This document shows, piece after piece, positions 19,802 through 28,684 of a stretch of DNA of 32,000 bases (the first letter of the stretch is position 1; the number at the start of each line of letters is the position of its first letter). Source of the stretch: an uncultured bacterium (GTDB lineage Bacteria > GCA-001730085); the NCBI GenBank assembly GCA_964565945.1, contig CAZMGY010000029.1, forward strand, positions 4,294 to 36,293, written 5' to 3'. A program made the translations under genes and the position numbers. The notes under the pieces were generated by a model, which searched no databases, was not told the DNA's origin, and worked only from the letters and a program-made list of their open reading frames with translations.

Positions 19802-21460
19802 ATGAAATTCACATTAGCCCAGATCAATCCCACCATCGGGGATATCCAAGGTAACCTGAACAAAATCCGTCAGGTGGTGTCTCAAGCTCCTCAAGATACG
19901 GATCTAATCATCTTTCCCGAAATGGCACTCACTGGATATCCTGCCCAAGACCTTCTGGAAAAACCTTGGTTTCGTAAACAAATCGACTCCGCTCAGCAAG
20001 AATTGGCTCAACTTTCACTCACCTATTCTCACTACGGCCTCTTAGTAGGCACACCTCTGCCTTACACCACAAACATCGGGCGGGGCCTCTATAATGCGGC
20101 ACGTCTATTTCACCAAGGCAACTGTGTTTTTGAACAATACAAACAATTTTTGCCCACCTACGATGTTTTTGACGATGCTCGTTATTTTGACAGTGCGGTG
20201 TACCAAGATATCTTCACATTCAAAGGAGAACTCTTAGGCATCACCATTTGCGAAGACATATGGAACAATGATCATTTTTGGCCAAACCCCTTGTACGCTT
20301 TTGATCCAGTGGATAGCTTAATCAAGCAAGGTGCCACACTTTTGATCAACTTGGCAGCATCTCCTTTTGAGGTGAACAAACCCAGCACTCGTCATCAACT
20401 GGTCACCCAGCACGTGAAAATTCACAAAGTCCCCTTCATTTTGGTCAATCAAGTTGGCGGCAATGACGAACTGATTTTTGATGGTCACAGTTTTGCGGTT
20501 AATGCTCAGGGTCAACTCTTGATCGAGCTCAAAGGGTTCGATCAAGATATCGCCAGTTTTGATCTCCAGCAACACGCGCAAACCCAGTGGACGTATCCCG
20601 CCCCTATCGCCGATATCGAGCAAGCGCTAGTTTTAGGAATAAAAGATTATTTTGCCAAATGCAAAATGCGTCAAGCCATTTTAGGGCTTTCTGGAGGCAT
20701 CGACTCTGCGGTTGTCGCGGCTTTAGCTTGCCAAGCCTTAGAGAGCAATAATGTTTTGGGCATCGCAATGCCCTCTCGCTACTCCTCCCAAGGCAGCATT
20801 GATCATTCTTTGGAATTGGCCCGGAATCTTGGTATGAAATGTAAAATCATTCCCATCGACCCTATCGTTCAAAATTACGAAACTATTTTTGAGACCGCAT
20901 TTCCCGGACAAGCAAAAGACACCACCGAAGAAAATATTCAAGCACGTATTCGAGGTAATATTCTCATGGCTTTCTCGAACAAGGAAGGGCACTTGCTTTT
21001 AACCACAGGGAACAAAAGTGAAGTCGCTGTGGGGTATTGCACACTTTATGGAGATATGTGTGGTGGCTTAGCGGTTATTTCGGACGTGCCCAAAACCATG
21101 GTCTACGATCTCGCAGAGCAAATCAACAGCTCCCAAGAATTTATTCCTCAAAACATTAGCACCAAAGCTCCATCGGCCGAGCTACGACCCAATCAAAAAG
21201 ATGAAGACTCCTTACCCCCCTACTCAGTATTAGACGCCATTTTAGAAGCCTACTTAGCACAACACAAATCTTACCAAGAGATTGTTAACATGGGCTACGA
21301 GCCCAGCACTGTTCTTTGGGTTTTACAAACCGTCAATCGCAACGAATACAAGCGCCGTCAAATGCCTCCAGGACTTAAGATAACATCTAAGGCCTTTGGA
21401 TCAGGTCGCCGTTTTCCTATTGCGTCCCAGTACAGCATGGAAGAATCTTTCAATCAATGA
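19802..21460 (+). CDS. nadE: Glutamine-dependent NAD+ synthetase (CN-hydrolase domain plus NAD synthetase domain)
   Basis: 552 aa. N-terminal nitrilase-like domain (FPEMALTGY, ICEDIW) and a C-terminal PP-loop GLSGGIDSAV. Confidence 0.92.
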   Translation: MKFTLAQINPTIGDIQGNLNKIRQVVSQAPQDTDLIIFPEMALTGYPAQDLLEKPWFRKQIDSAQQELAQLSLTYSHYGLLVGTPLPYTTNIGRGLYNAARLFHQGNCVFEQYKQFLPTYDVFDDARYFDSAVYQDIFTFKGELLGITICEDIWNNDHFWPNPLYAFDPVDSLIKQGATLLINLAASPFEVNKPSTRHQLVTQHVKIHKVPFILVNQVGGNDELIFDGHSFAVNAQGQLLIELKGFDQDIASFDLQQHAQTQWTYPAPIADIEQALVLGIKDYFAKCKMRQAILGLSGGIDSAVVAALACQALESNNVLGIAMPSRYSSQGSIDHSLELARNLGMKCKIIPIDPIVQNYETIFETAFPGQAKDTTEENIQARIRGNILMAFSNKEGHLLLTTGNKSEVAVGYCTLYGDMCGGLAVISDVPKTMVYDLAEQINSSQEFIPQNISTKAPSAELRPNQKDEDSLPPYSVLDAILEAYLAQHKSYQEIVNMGYEPSTVLWVLQTVNRNEYKRRQMPPGLKITSKAFGSGRRFPIASQYSMEESFNQ

Positions 21461-21529
21461 TATCCTAGTATCTGGATAATGAAAGAAAATCCTTAAAGTC
21501 GCCCCCTCCCATGGGAGCAGGAAAGTATA

Positions 21530-22132
21530 ATGTTCAATTGTCCTAAATGCGTTGGCATTTTAGAAGAACACGAAATTGAAGAGGTTGATTGCTATGTCTG
21601 CAACGTCTGCCATGGACTATGGCTTGAACCTGGTGACATGGCCAAGCTGTTGCACATCGATAAACTTTGTTGCAATATCAGTGAACTCAATCTAGACGAG
21701 TACAATGAAACCGACACCAAAGCTCATGACAACCTAATCGATAAACTCGCTCTCTGTCCTTTTTGCCCTCAAAAAACACCACTACAAGCCACTCCTTACC
21801 CACACAAAAAACATGTGATTCACTATCCTTGCCCCAAAGGGCATGGTGAATGGCTCGATGGTGGAGAAATTCACAAACTGCGCAGCTCTGTCGTTAAAAA
21901 AGGTTTGATTATTGCCGTCATTCTAATGGGGCTTCTCTTTGTTTCTTGGATCATCCAATCGTATGTTCAAAACCTACAAGAATTAAAGCAAGAATGCCTG
22001 ATCAACCAATACCACGAAAAACATCCCAAACAACATGCCAAACGACATGCCTCGGGCAGGGTGCTTTACCACACCCTGCCCTTTATTCTCGATCCCGACG
22101 AAAGTGAGTCGCACAAACAGACGCATAACTGA
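21530..22132 (+). CDS. Bitopic membrane protein with two N-terminal zinc ribbons and a His/Lys-rich tail
   Basis: 200 aa. The ribbon pattern occurs twice: CPKC..(16)..CNVCHGLWLEPGDMAKL and CPFC..(19)..CPKGHGEWLDGGEIHKL. This resembles the bacterial TFIIB-type zinc-ribbon (zf-TFIIB-like) pattern CxxC...CxxCxGxWxDxGEL. A TM helix follows (GLIIAVILMGLLFVSWII), then the tail HEKHPKQHAKRHASG...SHKQTHN. Confidence 0.7.
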   Translation: MFNCPKCVGILEEHEIEEVDCYVCNVCHGLWLEPGDMAKLLHIDKLCCNISELNLDEYNETDTKAHDNLIDKLALCPFCPQKTPLQATPYPHKKHVIHYPCPKGHGEWLDGGEIHKLRSSVVKKGLIIAVILMGLLFVSWIIQSYVQNLQELKQECLINQYHEKHPKQHAKRHASGRVLYHTLPFILDPDESESHKQTHN

Positions 22133-22203
22133 GTCATTCTCAATGGTTAAATGCATTATAATCGTTTACAATAAATCCATTGAATAACAGAAAAGGAAAT
22201 CTT

Positions 22204-24411
22204 ATGAACGTCATAAGAAGATATTTAACTTGGCTTCTTGTGCAATGTATGTTTGTTTGCCTCGCATGGAGTTCCGTACCCCCCTCAGCCCAAGCACCCG
22301 ACCTGGTACCGTCCTCGCAAATAACGCCAAACAAACACATTAGTGTCGATTTTTATGATGTGCCCATTCAAGATGCACTACGAGCCTTATCGATTCAACA
22401 AAACATTAACATCATCACCCACCCGCAAGTGACCGGTAACATCACCATTCACCTCGACAACTTAAGTTTCGAAGAAGGCCTGGATTACATTTTGAAAAGC
22501 GTGGGTGCCACCTTCACCAAACAAGATAACGTCTATCGAGTTACTAAAAAACATAAAGAAAAACCCAAGCCCAAGAAAATCACCAAATTCGACCTTAAAA
22601 TTGAGCAGGGACGTATGACCTTAACCGCCACAAATGCTAACTTGGTCCACATATTACAAGAGATTTCCAACCAAAGTCAAATTAACATAACCTTCAACAA
22701 TACCGTTCGCGGTACAGTTTCGGCCAACCTTAAAGACATTGAACTTTTCACCGGTATCGATACCCTGCTCAATAATAGCAACTACAAACTCGAAAAAAGA
22801 GGCCCCATTTATTCGGTGGAAAAAATCGCACGCAAAGAAAAATTTTCGGTCACCTATAATCAAAAACAGCTATCGGTCAGTGCCAACGAAGCCGCCATCA
22901 AAGACGTGTTGCAAGAGATTTCTTTGCAAACAGGCATTAGTATAGTCAGCAGCCCTTATGTAAAGGGCACCGTTAACGCGGTCATTCAAGACAAAGACAT
23001 TGAAACCGTGATTGAACTGATCCTTATGGGGAGCAACTTTCAGTACCGCAAATTTGGTCAAGTTTATGTGATCGGAAACGGCGATAATCTTAAAAGCCAC
23101 TCACGCTTTTTCACCGAATCCAAACTTTATCGCCTTAAACATTTGCGTGCCGAAGAGGTGATTAAAAAACTCCCTCCTTCAATTCCCGTTTCTAATCTCC
23201 AGTTTTTTGAAGAACAAAATGCCATTTCCATTTCAGGATCTCCCCACCTCGTCAAGCAAGTGGAAGGCTTTCTGCAACAAATTGACAAACCCGTGCCTCA
23301 AATCAAAGTCGATGTGCTTATTGTGGAGTACGACTTAAGCGCCGATAAAACCCATGGGTTAAGCCTAACTAACGTGCAGGGACGCTTCGGGAGTCCTCAC
23401 ACCCGTTTTAATTTTGATCCTTCGCTCGTTAACACCCTTAACTTCACTTACGATGTGGCCAAATCCTTAAGTGAAGCATTTTCTTTGCACCTTCAAGCCT
23501 TAATTAAAAATGACAAAGCCAAGGTCACCGCAAATCCTAGTATCTGGGCCCTCAACGGCAAAGAGGCCACCATCGATGTGATCACCGAAGATCGTTTTCG
23601 CGAATTGCGTTTCAACGAAGCTTCTGGTCGACTTGAACCTGTCGGGGTTCCTCGCATCATTGAGTCGGGGATTAAACTTAAAATCAAGCCATGGGTGACT
23701 GGCAACAACGAAATTAATCTTGAAATCGAACCCGAGGTGAGTGGCGCCACTGGCTTCCTTAGTTCCGATGATTTACCTCAAACCACCAAACGTAAAGCCA
23801 AAACTGTTCTCAAAGTCCAAAATGGTCGCACCATCATTATTGGCGGCTTGATTCAAACCCGCTACGAACATTCCAAAAAGCGGACACCGATATTAAGCCA
23901 CATTCCTCTTTTAGGCAAGGTCTTTCAAAACAAAGGCAAAAAAGAACAGCGCACCGAACTGGTGTTCTATATCACCCCAACCATCTCGACCAGTGGCGGT
24001 GAAGTTCAAGACAACTTTAACAAAGAAGGCCTCCTCGCTATTGAAGCACCCGACATATACCTCCGTCCCAGCGCCCCAGAACCAAAACATCAAGACTTAA
24101 CATACAACACCCCTCCCGAGCGAGCGGTACCAGAAGTCGATTGGGTATATCAGGAAAGCAGTGGCGGCATTGGAACAGTTTCGCGTCGCCGCAAACGACT
24201 CACCGAATGGAATTCTCTTAAGAAAAAACTGCGCAAACGCGTTTACAGCGACCCTTTTGCCGAAAACGTCGAACACTTAGGCTGGGAAACCATGTTGCAA
24301 ACCGATGAAACTGGCTTTCAAGAAAAACTCAGTGAAGCTGACCGTTCCGAACAACTGTCACAATGGAATCAAGAAGTGGAACAGATTCTAGCCCAAGATC
24401 GCAGCTTATGA
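22204..24411 (+). CDS. Secretin-family outer-membrane channel (GspD/PilQ-like) with three STN-like N-terminal modules and a long charged C-terminal tail
   Basis: Secretin core motifs: VDVLIVEYDL, KVTANPSIWALNGKEATIDV, GIKLKIKPWV, TVLKVQNGRTIIIGGL and IPLLGKVF...RTELVFYITPTI. Start placed at the ATG at 22204 (MNVIRRYLTWLLVQCMFVCLAWS, a signal peptide), with AAGGAA upstream. The track ORF begins at a TTG at 22180. Confidence 0.88.
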   Translation: MNVIRRYLTWLLVQCMFVCLAWSSVPPSAQAPDLVPSSQITPNKHISVDFYDVPIQDALRALSIQQNINIITHPQVTGNITIHLDNLSFEEGLDYILKSVGATFTKQDNVYRVTKKHKEKPKPKKITKFDLKIEQGRMTLTATNANLVHILQEISNQSQINITFNNTVRGTVSANLKDIELFTGIDTLLNNSNYKLEKRGPIYSVEKIARKEKFSVTYNQKQLSVSANEAAIKDVLQEISLQTGISIVSSPYVKGTVNAVIQDKDIETVIELILMGSNFQYRKFGQVYVIGNGDNLKSHSRFFTESKLYRLKHLRAEEVIKKLPPSIPVSNLQFFEEQNAISISGSPHLVKQVEGFLQQIDKPVPQIKVDVLIVEYDLSADKTHGLSLTNVQGRFGSPHTRFNFDPSLVNTLNFTYDVAKSLSEAFSLHLQALIKNDKAKVTANPSIWALNGKEATIDVITEDRFRELRFNEASGRLEPVGVPRIIESGIKLKIKPWVTGNNEINLEIEPEVSGATGFLSSDDLPQTTKRKAKTVLKVQNGRTIIIGGLIQTRYEHSKKRTPILSHIPLLGKVFQNKGKKEQRTELVFYITPTISTSGGEVQDNFNKEGLLAIEAPDIYLRPSAPEPKHQDLTYNTPPERAVPEVDWVYQESSGGIGTVSRRRKRLTEWNSLKKKLRKRVYSDPFAENVEHLGWETMLQTDETGFQEKLSEADRSEQLSQWNQEVEQILAQDRSL

Positions 24412-26111
24412 GAAAAAAAAGTAGTATCGGTCAAATTCTTCTACGCAAAGGTTATCTGGATAAAGATGTACTGCAACAGTGCTTGGCCCAATCGCAACTT
24501 TTTCAAAAACGTCTCGGTCAAACAGCCGTCGACCTGGGATTCATCACCGAACAACAATTGCTCAATACCTTAAGCGATCACACGGGTCTCCCCTCCATCG
24601 ATTTGGATACCGCAACTGTATCCCAAGACATTTTGAACCTTTTACCCTTCCGTTATTGCCACAAACATCGATTGGTCCCCTATCATAAAGACAAAAACAT
24701 TCTCTTTGTGGCCATGCATGATCCGTTGGATGTGCAAGCCATCGAAGAGATCGGGCTCATGCTTCAAATAACTGTTCAACCGAGCATCTGCACAGCCTCG
24801 ACCCTCAATCGTTTGCTAGACATTCAAGAAGGCAAGGATCCTATTGAAGAAACATCGGTTCAATCCCTTGTGAAAGACATTCATTTAGATATGGCCCAAG
24901 ATTTCGATAGCCAAGTGCCTTTAGAGCAATTGGCCAACGATGCCCCAATCATTAAGCTTGTCAACCTAATCATCGAACAAGCCATTGCTCAGCAAGCCAG
25001 TGATATTCATATCGAACGCTACGAATCGGGATTAGTGATTCGCTACCGCATCGACGGAATTTTGTACGATGCCGAAGCACCTCCCGAACATATGTTCTCC
25101 ATGATCGTATCACGCATCAAACTGATGGCCAGTATGAATATTGCCGAACATCGTCTCCCCCAAGATGGTCGCATTGCTTACCGAACCGAAAATTTCGATA
25201 TTGACTTGCGCGTCTCAACCTTGCCTTCGATTCATGGCGAAGGTGTCGTACTTCGGATTCTTGATAAAAGTCAAAAGCTACTCGATATCGAACAATTAGG
25301 CTTAACGGGACCAAATCTTGAGACCTTTAAACAAGTGATCCAACGGCCCTACGGCATTGTTTTACTTACTGGACCAACAGGCTCAGGAAAAACCACCTCC
25401 CTGTACGCCGCCCTCAGCCATATTCAATCGCCTGAAAAAAAAATCATCACGATCGAAGACCCGGTGGAGTATCAGCTTGATCGCATCAATCAACTCAACA
25501 TCAATGTCTCGATCGGCTTCACCTTTGCCTCGGGCTTGCGTCATATTTTGCGCCAAGACCCCGACATCATTATGGTCGGAGAAATTCGGGACCAAGAAAC
25601 CGCCGAAGTAGCCATGCGTGCAGCCTTAACAGGACATTTAGTGTTTAGCACCTTGCACACAAACAACTCAATTGGAGCAATCACTCGCTTAACCAATATG
25701 AATATCGAGCCCTATTTGGTTGCATCAACAGTCACCGCAGTGGTGGCCCAACGCCTGGTCCGCACCATATGTTTGAGTTGCAAAACGGCCAAACTCATCA
25801 CTCAGGCCGACCTTGACTCGATCCCTGGTCTTGCCAAAGCTCTCAAAGGGCAAAATCATGTGTATCAAGGCCAAGGCTGTAAAGTCTGTATGAACACCCG
25901 TTATAAAGGACGTACTGGCATCTATGAATTACTCCATATCAGTGATGGTCTCAAAGACCTTATCACTCATAACACTCGTTTCAATGAACTACGGAACTTT
26001 ACCCAACAGCAAGGCACTATTTTTCTTAGAGAAGATGGCTTTAATAAAGTCCGCCAAGGTATCACTTCGGTGGAAGAGGTTCTGCGGGCCACACAAGAGG
26101 AAGGGGCTTAA
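24408..26111 (+). CDS. GspE/PilB-family secretion ATPase with a T2SSE_N/MshEN-like N-terminal domain
   Basis: Walker A GPTGSGKTT, Asp box / Walker B ILRQDPDIIMVGEIRD, His box TGHLVFSTLHTN, and tetracysteine CLSC...CKVC. Start placed at the ATG at 24408, which overlaps the secretin TGA (ATGA). The track ORF starts at 24363. Confidence 0.9.
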   Translation: MRKKSSIGQILLRKGYLDKDVLQQCLAQSQLFQKRLGQTAVDLGFITEQQLLNTLSDHTGLPSIDLDTATVSQDILNLLPFRYCHKHRLVPYHKDKNILFVAMHDPLDVQAIEEIGLMLQITVQPSICTASTLNRLLDIQEGKDPIEETSVQSLVKDIHLDMAQDFDSQVPLEQLANDAPIIKLVNLIIEQAIAQQASDIHIERYESGLVIRYRIDGILYDAEAPPEHMFSMIVSRIKLMASMNIAEHRLPQDGRIAYRTENFDIDLRVSTLPSIHGEGVVLRILDKSQKLLDIEQLGLTGPNLETFKQVIQRPYGIVLLTGPTGSGKTTSLYAALSHIQSPEKKIITIEDPVEYQLDRINQLNINVSIGFTFASGLRHILRQDPDIIMVGEIRDQETAEVAMRAALTGHLVFSTLHTNNSIGAITRLTNMNIEPYLVASTVTAVVAQRLVRTICLSCKTAKLITQADLDSIPGLAKALKGQNHVYQGQGCKVCMNTRYKGRTGIYELLHISDGLKDLITHNTRFNELRNFTQQQGTIFLREDGFNKVRQGITSVEEVLRATQEEGA

Positions 26112-26113
26112 GC

Positions 26114-27340
26114 ATGAGTCCTTTTTTTCATTATCGTGCCGTCGACTCCAACGGCCAACAGAACGAAGGAACTATTGAGGCCACCAATAAAGACACGGCT
26201 ATCCTTAACCTACAAAATCAGCAATTGATACCCCTCAAAATCACAAAAAAAACAAGTTTTTGGACATTATCCCTGCGCACGTCCAAATCCAAGCTCAATC
26301 GTATCCAACATAAACACATTCTAGACTTCACGCAAACCTGCACTAACTTACTCAAATCCAGCTTTCCTATTGATAAAGCCATTATCACCATCAGTCACAC
26401 CTCTAATCCTGAATCCCCCTTACAATCCATGTGTCAACACATTTTCACAACACTGGAAAAAGGTCACCCTTTATCCTTAGCACTCAAGCAAACAAGCCCA
26501 CGTTTTTCTTCACTCTATATCAGCTTGGTTCGTGCCGGAGAACAAACAGGCCAGTTGAGTTATGTGTTTGAACGCCTCAATCAATTTTTAAAAGAACAAC
26601 ATGAATTTCGCAAAACCATCAAAGCAATTTTGCTTTACCCTTGCATGGTGCTGTCCATCAGTCTTGTATCGATTGGCATTATGCTCGGCTTTGTTGTGCC
26701 TCGCTTTGTGACAATTTTCGAAGACCTTGGCCAAGCGCTTCCGTGGAGCACTCAACTGATGGTCAATATCAGTAATCTTTTTCGCCACAATATTCTTTAT
26801 CTCGCCACTGGATTTCTCGGATTCGTAGGCATGATCATGGTGCTACGCCGCAGCTCTAAGTGGATAAACTTTTGGCACACACAAGTTCTCCGCATTCCCT
26901 ATGCAGGAACCTTGCAAAATAAAATTATCACTGCACGCTTTTGCTCAACTTTGGGAATGCTAATCGAAGGAGGTCTCACCATTGTTCCCGCGCTCTCTTA
27001 TGCCCAAGACATCATCTCGAATCGCTATATGCATCAGGCTGTTCAAGAGGTGAAAGAACAAGTTCAAAAAGGTATTCCCATACACCGCACCATGCAAAGG
27101 TTTCCACAAGCCTTTTCACCTTTGTTAATTCATATGCTAGCCGTGGGCGAAGAAACAGGTAATTTGAGTGGAAGCCTGGGGCATATAGCCAACACCTTCG
27201 AAACCGATGTGCGCAACACACTCAAAACGATCACAACCATGCTGTCCCCACTGCTCATTTTGGCTATGGGCTTGGTAATTGCCCTGATTATTGCGGCCAT
27301 GCTTTTGCCCTTGCTCAATGCCACAGACATTAACATTTAA
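26114..27340 (+). CDS. GspF/PilC-family inner-membrane platform protein
   Basis: 408 aa. Two T2SSF-like repeats (…LVRAGEQTGQL… and …MLAVGEETGNL…) and three hydrophobic segments. It starts 2 nt after the ATPase stop. Confidence 0.88.
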   Translation: MSPFFHYRAVDSNGQQNEGTIEATNKDTAILNLQNQQLIPLKITKKTSFWTLSLRTSKSKLNRIQHKHILDFTQTCTNLLKSSFPIDKAIITISHTSNPESPLQSMCQHIFTTLEKGHPLSLALKQTSPRFSSLYISLVRAGEQTGQLSYVFERLNQFLKEQHEFRKTIKAILLYPCMVLSISLVSIGIMLGFVVPRFVTIFEDLGQALPWSTQLMVNISNLFRHNILYLATGFLGFVGMIMVLRRSSKWINFWHTQVLRIPYAGTLQNKIITARFCSTLGMLIEGGLTIVPALSYAQDIISNRYMHQAVQEVKEQVQKGIPIHRTMQRFPQAFSPLLIHMLAVGEETGNLSGSLGHIANTFETDVRNTLKTITTMLSPLLILAMGLVIALIIAAMLLPLLNATDINI

Positions 27341-27410
27341 GTAACCATCGTTAAAGCTGGGGTGATTTTAGAAGTATTATTGCGTCCCTTTTTGTTAATT
27401 TGAATAAAGA

Positions 27411-27439
27411 TTGACAAAAATAGATTTTAGAACTACAAT
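27411..27439 (+). promoter_or_regulatory. Near-consensus sigma70 promoter upstream of the phosphatase gene
   Basis: TTGACA (27411..27416), a 17-nt spacer, then TACAAT (27434..27439). An AAGGGGA RBS lies just before the ATG at 27515. Confidence 0.6.
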
Positions 27440-27514
27440 CGGGAACAAATAACTAAGCTATAAATTTTTTGGATGTTTTTCAAATGTAATAATTAAAATT
27501 TAACAAAGGGGATC

Positions 27515-28288
27515 ATGATGGCTCACAACATAAAACCTATTTTGATAGCACTATTAGCATTAACTACAACGTCATCCGTCGCAAAGAACCCTCAAGCAAA
27601 TTACACTTCTAATCCAACCTTAATCACACAAGGAGAAAATTATAAAAATCTTACATTAGAACCAAGTAGAACTAAGTTCGTCGATCAAATTGGTAATAAC
27701 TTGCTATACAGAGGAAGCTTACCTATTGATAGTAAACAATTTGTTTTACAGAAAGTATTAGATTCTATGCTTTCACAGGGAAGTCGCGCAACACCCGTTA
27801 ATAAAACATTGGTAGCACCAGATACTTTACCTAAGTCAAATTATTTTATAGATTTTAGTTTATTAACCAAAGTTGTACCTGTCGAAAAGGCTCAATATAA
27901 TATTGAAAATGACTTTTTCTTACAAAATCCAAAGGTGGGGAAATTAGTGCATTATGATATTGATGTTCTTTTTATAAAAGGTCTTATATCTAAAACAGTG
28001 GGGAAATTAGTTGACCCTGTCGTTGTAAACCTACATGCTCAACTATCAGAACAAGCGGTTGGGTCGTCGCGCATTATTTATGTGCATTGTGAAATGGGTG
28101 TAGACAGGACTGGTGCGCTTATTTCTGGGTATGCAATGCGTTATTTAAAGTATTCATATAAAGATGCCCTGGCTCTTAATGCTAAACTTCAACTAAGAAA
28201 TCCAAATAACTTTGCACAGTTAGCCATTAAATTATATGCAAAATATTTAAAAGATATTATCGGTATTAAAACGATAGGAGATATTTAG
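27515..28288 (+). CDS. Secreted cysteine (CX5R) phosphatase, dual-specificity / PTP-like family
   Basis: 257 aa. Sec-type signal peptide MMAHNIKPILIALLALTTTSSVA|KNP. P-loop VHCEMGVDRTG matches HCx5R(S/T). A candidate general-acid Asp (KLVDPVV) lies about 27 residues upstream. LLYRGSLP resembles the LYRSxxP motif of atypical DSPs. AT-rich codon usage. Confidence 0.8.
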   Translation: MMAHNIKPILIALLALTTTSSVAKNPQANYTSNPTLITQGENYKNLTLEPSRTKFVDQIGNNLLYRGSLPIDSKQFVLQKVLDSMLSQGSRATPVNKTLVAPDTLPKSNYFIDFSLLTKVVPVEKAQYNIENDFFLQNPKVGKLVHYDIDVLFIKGLISKTVGKLVDPVVVNLHAQLSEQAVGSSRIIYVHCEMGVDRTGALISGYAMRYLKYSYKDALALNAKLQLRNPNNFAQLAIKLYAKYLKDIIGIKTIGDI

Positions 28289-28684
28289 TTCCAAGGTCTC
28301 GCAGTAAATTACACTAGCCTTAGATACAGCTTCCCATGCATCGTCGCATCTATATAGAAAATTTTATACCAAGATTCACTGCAGTCAGCCCATAGTACGC
28401 CACTTCTCTGTATTATGGGCATTGAGTTCAAGCGATTGGACGTTCATTTGAGGGCGTTAAATAATAATAATAAGCAACGCTACTACGAGTTAAATTAAAA
28501 GCTCTCTCAGGTACTAGATATAGCGTGTCACAAAATACTTGACCACTCCATTATTACCAAATTTCAGACTTTTCTTAGTGACCTATATCATTTTATTTAA
28601 GTTCTAATCCAATCTTGTTTTTTGATCAATATATTTAATGATTCTCATTTTAATTAGTAACCTATGAATTAAGGGATATTTATT

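Noticed and set aside
28388-28420. 11-bp stem (one mismatch) with an 11-nt loop (GCCCATAGTAC...GTATTATGGGC) downstream of the phosphatase gene, considered as a terminator.
   Set aside because: No U-tract follows it, and it lies 100 bp past the stop. It is not convincing as an intrinsic terminator and may be incidental or a relic.
28460-28473. (AAT)4 microsatellite.
   Set aside because: It is short, intergenic, and expected by chance in AT-rich DNA.
28289-28684. Search for a frameshifted or degraded MurE N-terminal domain upstream of the Mur-like ORF.
   Set aside because: All three forward frames contain multiple stops. None shows DSR/GDLF/DGH-type MurE domain-1 motifs. No support for a simple frameshift was found.
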